This document shows positions 38,063 through 51,440 of a stretch of DNA of 64,000 nucleotides, piece by piece. Position 1 is the stretch's first letter. Each line of letters starts with the position of its first letter. The notes under the pieces are model-generated. The model was given only the letters and a program-made list of their open reading frames with translations. It made no database searches and was not told the origin of the DNA. The stretch covers positions 1,364,001 through 1,428,000 of the forward strand of contig NW_025764893.1 of assembly GCF_003918875.1 (NCBI RefSeq). Direction: 5' to 3'. The position numbers and the translations under genes are program-made. The stretch comes from Haliotis rubra (lineage: Eukaryota).

Positions 38063-40636
38063 TTGAAAACAAATGGGTGGATGTGCTCGTTGTTGGTCTG
38101 TCTTACCAGCGACTATAAAATGTTATTACATGTATATGATCCCTGGTCTCACAGTCCCTGGACCATATAAAGAATGAGTGTGAGTGAGTGCATGTTTGTG
38201 TGTGTGTGTGAATAATTCATTTAACATAGCTATGCAAAAAATATAGCATTATGCCAGATGCTTGATGTCCAAAATCTACTTAATATGATCAAAAGACAAA
38301 TTATCCCCTTTTCCCTTTAAAATCCCCGTTTGTCTCGAAAAAATATCCGTCTCTAATAAAATCCTAGGCCGGGCCCCCACCACCCAGAAAGTTAAATGGT
38401 CATAAAAATTCACTAGCAACAGGATGACTCAACATTGCTGACACAGTATCAAAGACATCCAGACAATGACAGAGTTAAAGTAATCAACAGCTAAGTGATG
38501 CCATAATACCATCGTCGTAAATAGCATTTCATAATAGCCCACCGTGACACACAGTATCACCAGCATCCATGTTTCTATAGATACCGACGTAATGACATTG
38601 ATGAAGCACTGGAGCTATTGTATTGACATACAAGGAATTGTCACTCAATAGGCTTGTATTACTTTTCCATTTGGGAGATTACATCGAGCGTTACTGAACC
38701 AGCCAACGTGATGCCATGATGGAGCCGTAATACCCCAGCCTGTTATTCACCAACAAAAACCCGTCCTGAGATTGAGGGGCTGTTGACTGAAGCTTTATTT
38801 ACGAGGCTACGACACCAGTAATCCCATGGATAAGCTTCGAAAATTGCCTTGTAAGAAAAATAAATACAATTAGGCAGTTTGACAAGAAGCCATTACAAGG
38901 TACAGATGCGTTAGGGCTACACTTTGTCACGATCTTAACAAGCTTCCTGGAACTTTGATGTTCAGACCTGGGGCTATTGCTCCGAGGTGGCACTTTCACG
39001 GGTTCGGCAATGTCGTCAGAAAACTAATAGCTGACATCGGTGTCGTTTGACCTTTATTTGCATACAGACGAGAAATCACGAGATTTTGTCAAGCCCGCAG
39101 CCAATGAGGACAGCCCCGCGGCAAATGTGAGCACACCCGCGGCAAATTAACGAAGCCATGCGACCTAATTGGCGCGTGCAGCTCGCCATTATCACGCCGA
39201 GTGATTCTCATTACTGGACGAAGCTCCTATGGGTCTTTCATGTTAAGGTAGCCAACTGGATAATTCCTGACTTGGGCAATCGCCTTCAACACTCTAATTT
39301 GTTAGCTTTGTAAGCAAACATGTCACTTCGTTTTATCAGACAGTGGGAGAATACCTAACGCTAATAACGTCTAATCGGTGATTATCTCCCTTTGATCTCG
39401 CGATGGTTGCGAGAAAAAGCGGGAATTAGACTGTCTGATTCAGGTCGGCATCAGGACGAATGGAGACGATAATGAAATCAAAAGGTCAACTGCCAGTCAA
39501 AGTCTTGCATTAATGTACAACAACTTTGAGCACGTTCAACTGTATCCCCAAAACGTGGTTAGATGCACACACTCCTTCCATGTTTAGACTAATGGTTAAT
39601 AAATCATACAAGACGGTACAGGATGATTGCGTGTAAATGTGTAGCCGATATTTTCAGGAATCGAGGGTGCGCGACTTTGAAGCAAAGCTTTAGTCAATAA
39701 TGATAGCATTGTACTTCCATGACACTGTGCCCATTGGGAGTATTGCGTGTACGTGAGATTGGTCTCTAAAGGATTATACAGTAGGATTATTGGTGCCTGT
39801 CGTATGATATCTGTGCAGATGGACATTATTTATAGCTATCATCCAAGCTAGGTGTGTGTAGTGTCAGTAAATAATTGTGAGCCAAGTGATTGAACACAGA
39901 TTGTGGACACAAATTTACAACCACAATGAAAACCTCTTGTGCTTTCGTTCGTAAAAAGTTTAAAGATAAATTGAGTGATTTTTCTAAACAGGGTCGTACG
40001 GCTCATCATTTTAAATTTCCGTGCGAAATGAGTTTACTCCGCTGTTTGATGGTGGAAATGAAACAAAGATGACTTGCCATTCGATGGTGATTCGATATTC
40101 GGATATTATAATAATTATTGCATTTTGGACTTAAAGTTTGCAGTGTTTCATCGACTTATACGAGTCTGGAAGACTAATATCTTTTCTCTGAAAAAAGAGT
40201 TTTTTTAATTATGCATATAAAACACAATAAAATGAGCCCAGAGACTTTCTTAATTTTCAGAAACTGAAACTGTGGTAATCTAGACTTGCCGCTCATTCTA
40301 GACTTGCTTGGGCTGCATTGGGTATATCTGTTTCAGGGTCTGTATGACGGAGCCCGGACGAATAACCATTGTCCACTGAGATACCATACCACAGTTTACC
40401 ATAGATACTGATTCCTAGCCGACCAGTCCTTGGTTTAGTCACTTACTGTCGAACGCCAGGAAAGGAAACAAAAACTACCATATTTTTACGTACTTTGGTG
40501 TGACTAAGCACCGACCTTCTGCACCAATAGGGAGTCTAGGTAGGCAGTGCATGTGATGGTGACAGTTACCGAGGGTAGGAACCCATCTGACATACTTTAT
40601 ATCAATATCCAGTAAATATGCTCATGGGGTAATGAG

Positions 40637-40825
40637 TGAGTGAGTGAGTGAGTGAGTGAGTGAGTATGCTTTTACGCCGCTTTTAGCAATATTCCAGCAA
40701 TATCATGGCGGGGGACACCAGAAATGGGCTTCACACATTGTACCCATGTGTGGAATCGAACCGCGGGTCCTTGGCGTGAGGAGCGAACGCTTTAACCACT
40801 AGGCTACGTTATACCCCGCCGCCCC
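40637..40825 (-). mobile_element. Family A SINE (intronic)
   Basis: TSD atgg(g/t)gtaatgag at 40624-40636 and 40827-40839. Confidence 0.92.
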
Positions 40826-41679
40826 AATGGTGTAATGAGATAAGAACTACAGTTAAGACGTATACAAGTCGATGCAACAATACTAGCTCTTAGACTAACG
40901 CTTAGTCTCTGAATATAAATAATTTAGACAGACACAAATAATTAGTTTTACAATGAAGTTTTACAATGAAGTTTTACAATGAAAAGGAGCCCTAGTGAAA
41001 AGAGAGATTTTGAGTGAGTTAAGATTTATAGTCACATCGGCAATCTTCATTTAGGGCGTTTGCATTACAGAAATGGCTCATCGTAAGGGAACATAATGCA
41101 CGTCAGAGACAGACTCTTTTTCTCTCTCTAATATCCTGTCTCGTTGCCAAAACGTTTAAACTGACGTTTTCCTATGAGTGGGCGCTCACGAAAACAAACG
41201 TGGCTACAGATCTATTGGCACTACATTGAGGTGGTTTACCAGGGTCACTAAGGTCATTGTATTCATGCGCACTGTGAGGATTCCCAGTTACAATAACTCC
41301 CGGACAACGTGTGTTTGTTGTGGCGACTGACTGGGCCGGGGGGTCGATGACCCATTGTTTGCATCGCTGCTCGATCAAAACAAACAAACAAACAAACACA
41401 ACTCCTGTGCCCTTATTATTAAAGGTATTAGTGAATAAAAAACCTATCTTCACGTTTGACCATAAAAGCAAAATACTTCACGGATGGCAGCTTACTTATG
41501 GTGCAACGTTGTGGTAGATGTTCAGACTTCTAATACCGTTGTCAAGAAAGTGTGGAGTACTACAGCACAGAATAGACCCATATACATCTGCCAGGGATTA
41601 GCAAGGGCGACATGACATACTTAAACGTCGTATTATAAGATAGGGCTATAATGTTTCTCGCCAACTTCTAAAATGCTAT

Positions 41680-41836
41680 ACCCGTGAAGAATATTGATCT
41701 TCAGTAACCCATGCTTGTCGTAAGAGGCGACTAACGGGATCGGGTGGTCAGACTCGCTGACTTGGTTGACACATGTCATCGGTTCCCAATTGCGTAGATC
41801 AATGATCATGCTGTTGATCACTGGATTGTCTGGTCA
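41680..41836 (+). mobile_element. Family B retroposon, 3'-truncated
   Basis: acccgtgaag...gtcgtaagaggcgactaacgggatcggg... Confidence 0.87.
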
Positions 41837-43586
41837 GGAATCCCGGTTACGTTTCAAGGTTTGTCACCCCCATACCCGATCTCGTTGGTATCATCAAACT
41901 GGTAAACGACTGAGACCTGCAGTGAAACCCAACGATCATATTGATCTCGAATCTAAGATCCTATGATCAGAGGATCATAGGATGCCAAAGGGATGCAACT
42001 CTGCACATCAATTAGCGGCGTCCTAGAAGACTGGGCCACCCGTGCCTTTAGTCATATACTGACGTACAAAAGAAAGTACACACCCGGTGCTTCGGAATTA
42101 TTTTCCAAACAAATATTTTTAAAAGTGTTTTGATTGTGACTTTAAGTCTATTGTAGACGTACCGATGTCTTCCCCTCACCTGTGGCCATTTACATTTGAG
42201 CACGATCGATGGCTCCCCTCGATCACAATCCGAGGTTAAGAACATCGCTTAGGTACACAGCCGATTGATCTTAACACGGGTACACTTGTAGTCAGTTCGC
42301 AGCTAGAGGAGACAGGTTCCATGCCAATTCAAGCAAAGAAAGAACACGTCAGTGTGATTTAAACCATTCTCCATTTGATTTCCTATTGACATTTCACGAT
42401 AATAAATAAGAATTAAAACAAAATATGAAAGTGTTTAAAAAAAATATCAAAGCAAAAGCGCTACACAAATTCGTTTGATCGCGAATGCAATAAAACAAAA
42501 TGGCAAAACGGTTCTCTTCAAATCCTTCATTATGCGAGAGCAGTGGCGTTTAAAACACAGTATCAAGATATTCTACAGCTACAGGCAAACAGAGGGAAAT
42601 TGATCAACCAAACTTTAATTTTCAATGCAAGATTGGGAGAGTCTAATATTGATAAATCTTTTGGTCAAATTTGAACAGTGTTTATTGCCGCAGAACGTGT
42701 ACCGATCTGCTGAAAGGATTGTGGTGTTTTTTTTCGTAAGAGTTAACGGCTGATTAAAGATTATTTAAAGAAATCTTTAAAATAAAAAATAGTTTCAATT
42801 GAAATTTAGAATATTTGGTTCCACGAGAGTAATCAGATATTTCTGGAGAGTCCTTGCGGTATAATTGCTCTCCCTGTTTAAGAAGGCTGGAGAATTACTA
42901 ACGAGATTTTGAATTTTAAAGAATGAGGATATTTGAAGGGATGGATTCTGCTATTGTCAGTGGAAGTATTACACGTAATCAGTTTTGACAAATGATAATT
43001 TGAAGAGACATCTTTACCGTAATCCTGTAGGGAGCCAATATAAGCTGGCGTCTCACTTTGACCCACGTGTGCTATACAATACAACTAAATGATCCCCTCT
43101 GACCACTAAGTGACCACAGCAATTATGGCAATGAGCGTTTATCGTATTGGCCATCTTTATGGACAATGCTGTCATTTCTTCATTCAGTTTATGAGAAAGA
43201 TTAATTATGGAAATGTTAAAAAATATAAAAATTATATTAAAGTTGCGATGCACGTTTAGAAATTACGGCAATTATCTAATCAAATTGATAACACAACGGA
43301 TTTCAAATTTTTCAAATGTAAACTGCAATTTTTCTTGTTTTGTTTAATGGCATTCTTGATATTTCTCTTTTTCTCCATATTTTATCTTTTTATCTTCGTC
43401 CATATTTCATGACTCAGCAAATGATAAAAGATTAACAATGTGTCGTGATTGAGATGAATATCACGCAATATTATCTTCTCATAATACAAAAAAAGACAAA
43501 TTTCTTCCATATTCATGACAACTATCTGCTAAATGCACAGTGGATTTTACGAATCCGACTTTATCATGAACATGCGTTTATGAATC

Positions 43587-43818
43587 GGTGAAGATCAGAG
43601 TTAGAATTGATCTTCAGTAACCCATGCGAGGCAACTAACGGGATCGGGTGGTCAGGCTCGCTGACTCGGTTGACACATGTCATCGTATCCCAATTGCGTA
43701 GATCGATCTTCATGCTGTTGATCACTGGATTGTCTGGTCCAGACTTGAGTATTTACAGACCGCCGCCATATAGCTGGAATATTGCTGTGTGTGGCGTAAA
43801 TCTAAACTCACTCACTCA
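43587..43818 (+). mobile_element. Family B retroposon
   Basis: Consensus match with a small internal deletion. Confidence 0.9.
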
Positions 43819-44295
43819 TTTTCATAAATCGTAAAACTAGACTTTCTGTGATTAATATTATTTCAAGTTAAAAAAATATTTCTCATTAATTTTGAGTAAC
43901 AGCGTTGTCTGAAATTATTTTAAAAACATACATTACGATTTTCTGAGCCCATTCAAGATACGTATTCCTATTGATAGGGCATGCTTTATGCGATAAATTG
44001 TAATGGGATAGTCTAAAACCCCTCGGGGCTTGGGCTTGGATAAACTGAGCCAGAAGAAACGGGGAGAAAATCAAGTCCTGAATTGAGCGAGTGTTTAGTT
44101 GTGTAATGACACGACAATCTGTGTGATCAGAATCGAAGTTTTGAATATCGATCGGCAACGAGGGCATACCAATACGGCCAGATTCCAGCAATGGCCGCTC
44201 TTACGTGATGTAATGCACATGTACATAAGTCGAAGTCCATCACTCTTTTCCGCGCCCAGCAGTTTTGACCTCTATATTGCGTCTTTATTTACGAC

Positions 44296-44453
44296 TGAGT
44301 GAGTTTAGTTTTACGCCACTCAGCAATGCGCCAGCAACATCACTGTGGGGAAAACCAGAAATGGGCTTCACACATTGTACCCATGTTGGGAATCGAACCC
44401 GGGTTTTTGGCGTAACGAGCGAACGCTTTAACCACTGGTCTACCCCACCGCCA
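44296..44453 (-). mobile_element. Family A SINE (intronic)
   Basis: 13-bp TSD ctttatttacgac at 44283-44295 and 44454-44466. Confidence 0.92.
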
Positions 44454-46952
44454 CTTTATTTACGACCAAGTTAGTTTTGCCTCCGAACAGTAAACATACG
44501 CACACCATATATAACGGGACTCTCGTTTACTCGAAGTAAAATATAATATAACGCGACATAGAGTGCTCACATCGGCACTATGCATGTCTGGAACTGCCGA
44601 TATATCGATACAATAATGAGTTTACACTTAGATCAACATCTAGTCTCTGATGTAAACGTGTTCACAGAAAAAGACGGTTACCAAATTATATATATTCATC
44701 AAAAACACAAAAAAAGAAGCCCAGACCTTTTTTTTCCTTTTTAGAACTTATGGTAATCTAGACTTGCGACATATCTCGCTTTGCATGTGCCGTATTGGGT
44801 ATACTTGTTTCAGGGTCTGTATGTCAGTCTAAGTTACAATCTATATACTGTTAAAGACGAGTGGCAGAATCTCTGTAATCAAACCTTATTATTGACGTCA
44901 CATCATGTTGCTGTAGTTGCCCCTGAGCCGGAAATTCACTGGCCATTCGGAACGAGCACATTACCAAATCAAAAGAAATAGACACCATCAAAAGCCATGA
45001 TATAACAGGACTCGGTTATCCAGCCAAACCGAATCCGTTGGGCGATTCATGGCAGAATAGAGCTGAATATCATATGAATGGATTATTGAAATTAAGGGCC
45101 ATTGTGATGAAATTATTGAGAAATTATACATAATAACATATGGTTAATGTCGGCGAAATCACCCGAATCGGTTGTTGGCGGAAGTAGGTCGTTAGTTCGA
45201 GGTTCGATAATTCTGCTTCCGGAACAGATGCGAGTAATTACTCCAGTACTCGTACGGTACCGCCAGTACCAATATGGTACCAATCCATGTACCTACTCCT
45301 CTTGAACGGATAACTCGACATAATTCGAGTTAAAGTGTGCTCGTTACAGCTTCCTGTCAAAGCTGAGGCAAAAAGGAAATATATCTTGGTATCATATTAC
45401 GGAATACACGTCAACAGAAAGACTATCGAGGTTAAATGCTTTAACCGTCTTTTCGCTCAGTTAAGGTAGAGAGCATTGCGGTAAAAAGTATCATTAAAAC
45501 TTTCGCAAAGAGTTAAGTTTTGAAGCTTTTCTATTAGTCGAAATTTGTAGGCACAGATGCAACCGCTCGTCATTAAGTGTGTAATAATAAACCCATATCT
45601 GCTCCGTTTAAACCATCATGAATAATTTAGGCTTTTACGAAACGCAGGAAGTGAACGCAGATTATGAGTCTTTATGAAAAAAAAACCCTTCTAAAAAATA
45701 AAAAAGGATTCCTACTGACGGCTGTCATTGAGGTCAGAGATAATCGCTGGCATTATCTCTAGCGGAAATAATTCGACACAAATAATCCTGCAATTATTGA
45801 AATTTCAGAAGCAACACTAAAACTGACACAATCTTTTCCGAAATTGAGACCATCGTATTTTTCAGAATGATAAAATCTTAAAATATCATAATTCTGCCGG
45901 TGGATGAAAAGTTCTTGAATTATTGATTACCAACATCAACGAAGAATATAGCCCACAATTGTCTATTTCAACGAAACACGCCCAGTTTAAATTACTCTCC
46001 GTTTCAATGATATTAGTGTTCAGAGTCGCGTGCTCACGTGCCATGGGATTCTGAACAAGATTTTGGTTTTAAACCTGACATACTGTCATGCCGTTTTACT
46101 GCACACGAAACTAATTCCTAGTCCCGAAAGGACTTACTCCCCCATAGGACCAGCAGCGAGAGCCGAATGGAATCAATTCGCGACTTAATCGGTTGTAAAT
46201 TTGATAAATGCTTGCGTGACGGCCGCCATCATTGAAGGGCATCCCAAAAGGGAAGTCCGTTTGTTTCTAGCGTTTGGACGGTAAGGGTTTCTTTATCAAC
46301 TTAATGGGCTATTACAGTCATTTTGTCCTCATCAGCGTCAGATGTCCCATTTACTCGCATAACTGTACCGTATATGGTCTAAAAACTAATCCCGTTAATT
46401 CCGAATCTGTATTGGGGATGGTAATATCACGCAAATATTTTTCTTTTAAAAGATTGATAGTACAGTATGCAAAAAAAATTACCGGAGTTGCCATTTGATT
46501 TTTTCGTACATATCATAGCCTCATTTTGTCCACTGTTTGAAAATGCAAGTGTTGTTGATTTTCGGTTGCAGAAAGTTAACTCATTACATTTTAAGTGTGA
46601 CCTGACATGACGATTCTTCTGGGTATTGCAGTGCGCGTTTCAGTGCATACAATTTCTATATTTATAAACAAATAATGATTAGCGTTGTAATTAATCATAA
46701 ATGTCATAAAATAATCAATCATTCAGTCATAACAATCTGCCTTTACTGCTCTGCATAAACGTCATTGTTTTACTATCATTTGTCCTATTTTCGATCACAC
46801 CAGGAGGACGTATAATCTATCACATACCTCACCATTTAAACTAAGTGTCAATTTGCACGCGGTAAATGACTCGTATGATGAGGATTCTCTATTAATTTTA
46901 AACACACACGTCATTATTGCCGTCGTATTAGACTGCAAATATCCATAATCAC

Positions 46953-47013
46953 CATCATCATCATCATCATCGACATCGACATCATCATCATCATCATCAT
47001 CATCATCGACATC
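46953..47013 (+). repeat. (CAT)n microsatellite
   Basis: Direct reading. Confidence 0.9.
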
Positions 47014-47949
47014 AAGACTTCTTTACAAGTAATTACCTAGACAACTTGACACGTTAGTGCACGGTAATAAAATGTTATTGCTATATATGGCCCACAAAGT
47101 AACCGACAGAAGTCACGTATGACTTTTCTTTAGAAATGGTAGACATCTAAGAAATAGAGTTAAATGGATTTATGATTGTCAACAGATGCACGCAGTATCC
47201 AACTTTAAATATCTAGGACTTTCTTCACATCTACATTTATTAGGTCAAAGGAGTTTGAAACAAGGTGGAAAGGCTTCATTTCCTATTCTTACTTTCTGGA
47301 CCCGGATAGATCCAGATAAGAACTGGTCTTCCGCAACCCATGCGTGTCTTATGAGGCGAGTTACAGGATGGATGGTCAGACTCGCTGACTTGGTTGACAC
47401 ATGTCATCGGTTCCCAGTTGCGCAGATATTGTTAATATATAGATAATGGAAGTTTTTTTCTTTAAATGATATATATGCGTTATTAATAAGGTACCTACCA
47501 AATGATACTTCTGTGTTAAGTTTGTTTTAGTCGCTGCATGAAATATTGGTGCAGACTGTTGTACATGGCGACTAACGGGATCGGGCAGTCAGGCTCGCTG
47601 ACATGGTTGACACATGTCATCGTATCCCAGTTGTGTAGATCGATGCTCATGGTGTTGATCACTGAATTGTCTTGTTTAGACTCTTTTATTTACAGACCGC
47701 CGTCATATGGCTGGAATATTGCTGAATGTCGTCAAGCCGGCGTCATCACTAATAACATGAACACCCTCTTCGCCGTTGTACACTGACGGACAATAACGGT
47801 ATGTCCTCTTCTGTGACAAATACTCTCTGCAGAATCCTTTCGGTTATAATAGTTTGAGACAAAATTATACTGTCTTATTTCCAGACACGAAGATGAAGAA
47901 GCGCCAACCAGCAGCAGCAGCAGTGGTATAGTCATATCATTGCGACGCA

Positions 47950-48195
47950 GACCCGTGAAGGTCCGGGTTAGAATGAATCCTCAGTAACCCATGCTTGTCG
48001 TAAGAGGCGACTAACGGGATCGGGTTGTCAGGCTCGCTGGCTTGGTTGACACATGTCATCGGTTCCCAATTGCGCAGATCGATGCTCATGCAGTTGATCA
48101 CTGGATTGTCTGGTCCAGACTCGATTATTTACAAACCGCCGCTATATAGCTGGAATATTGCTGAGTGCGGCGTAAAACTAAACTCGCTCACTCAC
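47950..48195 (+). mobile_element. Family B retroposon, full length
   Basis: Starts gacccgtgaag; TSD tcattgcg at 47937-47944 and 48196-48203. Confidence 0.92.
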
Positions 48196-48394
48196 TCATT
48201 GCGGGTCGGGACAGTTGAAATGTTCGATAAAAAAAATAAAAAATAAATAAAAATACATTCCTTATGTTTCTCAGCATAAATCATACACAGATACAATATA
48301 TAGGTACAACACATGGCGCAAAGGAAGCGGTTACGTAAAACATAGACTCACAAACACTAACAAACTGAAGGGGGTGAGTTGAGTGAATAAGTGA

Positions 48395-48577
48395 ATGAAT
48401 GAATAAATGAATGAATGAGTGAGTGAGTTTAGATTTACGCCGGTTTTAGCAATAATCCAGCTATATCACGGCGGGGGATACCAGAAATGAGCTTCACATT
48501 TTGTACCCATGTGGGGAATCGAACTCGGGTGTTACGCGTGACGAGCGAACGCCTTAACCACAAGGCTACCCCGCCGT
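48395..48577 (-). mobile_element. Family A SINE (intronic)
   Basis: Reverse consensus with (gaat/gagt)n tail. Confidence 0.88.
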
Positions 48578-48866
48578 CTGTAAAGGCGATGACCTAGCAC
48601 AACCTATGTTGTGTTTTAGCTGGTATTATCAACAAAACTTGTTTATTTTCAGAGTCAACGCATGGCATTACAGCTGTTATTGATTTGCAGTCAATGCTGG
48701 AGAACAAAGGGTTATTCTGCTATTACTCTCCCCAGGGAGTTGAGAGTGAAACCGAGTTCACATTAGTCCATTTAAATCGAGTTTTCACCATGACCCTATG
48801 TGGTGTTAAAATATAGTGCACTGTCCAAGGTATTACTGTTATCATTACTATTATCATTATTTCTAT

Positions 48867-49033
48867 GGGCGGTGGGGTGGTCTAGTGGTTAAAGCGTTCG
48901 TCCGTCACGCTGAAGACCCGGGCTCGATTCCCCACATGGGTACAATGAGTGAAACCCATTTCTGGTGTCCCACGCCGTGATATTGCTGGAATATTGCTAA
49001 ATGCGGCCTAAAACCAAACTCGCTCGCTCGCTG
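48867..49033 (+). mobile_element. Family A SINE (intronic)
   Basis: Consensus match; TSD tatttctat; (ctcg)n tail variant. Confidence 0.9.
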
Positions 49034-49474
49034 GCAGTATTTCTATTACTACCAGTTGTAGACAATACACAGCTGAGGCTGTAAATCTTGAGGAGGTATG
49101 AATTCGTGCTTCTTTCAGAAATATTACAACAATACCAACACGAGAAATGAGCATCACAGAATATATCAATGTTGAGAATGGAACCCGATCTTTGTGAAGC
49201 GAACACCTTAACCTCTATGCTAACCCATATAAGAACAAGAAACGGGAAAGGCTATTCATTATAATCACTGAGATCATAGCTGACAGAAGTTGTTACCACA
49301 GATGACAGGGCTACTGTGTATTCTAAGCGTCAGCCATATTCTGGCCATAGTGACCTCCCGATTGACATTGTTGCCATTTGTATGAAAAGTCTTTGAGGAA
49401 ACTACGGAGACATTGCTTCGTCCCAGGATTTTGTTTGTTTAACTGTTGCATAAATCCGTACTAAGCACGTTTCT

Positions 49475-49656
49475 GTAAACAATTGATATTGGACCAGACA
49501 ATCCAGTGATTGACATCACGAGTATCGCTCTAAGCAGCTGGTATACGATGCCGAGGATCAACCAAGTCAGCGACAGCTTTCCCGCCCGATCCTGTTAGTC
49601 GCATCTTACGTCAAGCATGGGTTGCTGAATATCAATTTTAACCCGATCTTCACGGT
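49475..49656 (-). mobile_element. Family B retroposon (diverged)
   Basis: Reverse consensus. Confidence 0.82.
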
Positions 49657-50234
49657 TCTCACACATAAGGAATAACGGCTGAAATATAGCATTTGACCGT
49701 AGATGTACATGTACAGATTTTTTTCAGAGCCAGCATGTTGTGATAAACGTTGTCAGAATTCTCTTGGAATCGTTTAAAGGAACACCGTGACATAAACGAT
49801 TAAATATCCTACGGCAACAAACTGGAACGAGCAAACGGCGGTTGGCGTGCTTTTTGATTTGTGAAATATATTAACTGCCTGGACTGATGTATTTTAAAAA
49901 AACCCCCCAAAACTATAACAAAAAGCATAAATTATCAAGCAGGAATGAATTAGATTTTTAATTACACCCCAGAGACAATTTAATCATGCACATTGTCTTT
50001 CAAGAATAATTCATAACTTTCATCGGTCTACTTTGGGTGATTAATTTTAATTTCCATGCAGCAACTATATTTTTAATGTTCAGTCCGCTTTTCATAGGTA
50101 GCAATTTTAGGAATGATCAAATTCTTTAGAAATGACAGCAGCCCAAACTGCATGTGCTCAAGGTTTCACAGAACACAGGAACCCTACACGCGTATATTCC
50201 AGCTATTACGCAAACGAGCGGGGCAATATACATT

Positions 50235-51440
50235 CACTCTAGGTTTCACATAACACAGGTCCAATATGCATATACTCTAGGTATTAAATAACACAGGGTC
50301 CAATATACATACACTGTAGATATTACATAACACAGGGTCCAATATGCATATACTCAAGGTATTACATAACACAGGGCCCAATATGCATATACTCTAGGTA
50401 TTACATAACACAGGGCCCAATATGCATATACTCTAGGTATTACATAAAACACAGTGCCCAATATGCATATACTCTAGGTATTACACAATACAGGGCCGAA
50501 TATGTATATACTCATAGTCATTACATAACACAGCGGCATAGAGTGAGACCCAACATGCATACATTGGCTATTACATAACAAGGCAGCCCAGCCGGGGGCC
50601 CAGTGTGCATACCCTCTAGGTATTATATACCAAGGTAGCCCAGCGTGGGGCCCACTGTGCATACCCTCTAGGTATTATATAACAAGGCAGCCCAGCGTGG
50701 GGCCCAGTGTGCATACCCTCTAGGTATTATATAACAAGGCAGCCCAGCCGGGGGCCCACTGTGCATACCCTCTAGGTATTACATAACAAGGCAGCCCAGC
50801 GTGGGGCCCAGTGTGCATACCCTCTAGGTATTACATAACAAGGCAGCCCAGCGTGGGGCCCAGTGTGCATACCCTCTAGGTATTATATAACAAGGCAGCC
50901 CAGCGTGGGGCCCAGTGTGCATACCCTCTAGGTATTATATAACAAGGCAGCCCAGCGTGGGGCCCAGTGTGTATATCCCTCTAGGTATTACATAACAAGG
51001 TAGCCCAGCGTGGGGCCCAGTGTGTATATATACCCTCTAGGTATTATATAACAAGGCAGCCCAGCGTGGGGCCCAGTGTGCATACCCTCTAGGTATTATA
51101 TAACAAGGCAGCCCAGCGTGGGGCCCAGTGTGCATACCCTCTGGGTATTACATAACAAGGCAGCCCAGCGTGGGGCCCAGTGTGCATACCCTCTAGGTTT
51201 TACATAACAAGGCAGCCCAGCGTGGGGCCCAGTGTGTATACCCTCTAGGTATTATATAACAAGGCAGCCCAGCGTGGGGCCCAGTGTGCATACCCTCTAG
51301 GTATTACATAACAAGGCAGCCCAGCGTGGGGCCCACTGTGTATATCCTCTAGGTATTATATAACAAGGCAGCCCAGCGTGAGGCCCAGTGTGCATACACT
51401 CTAGGTATTACATACCACGGTAGCCCAGCGTGGGGCCCAA
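50235..51440 (+). repeat. Compound minisatellite: 39-bp units grading into 52-bp units (intronic)
   Basis: tattacataacacagggcccaatatgcatatactctagg (to ~50520), then ccagcgtggggcccagtgtgcataccctctaggtattatataacaaggcagc. Confidence 0.95.
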
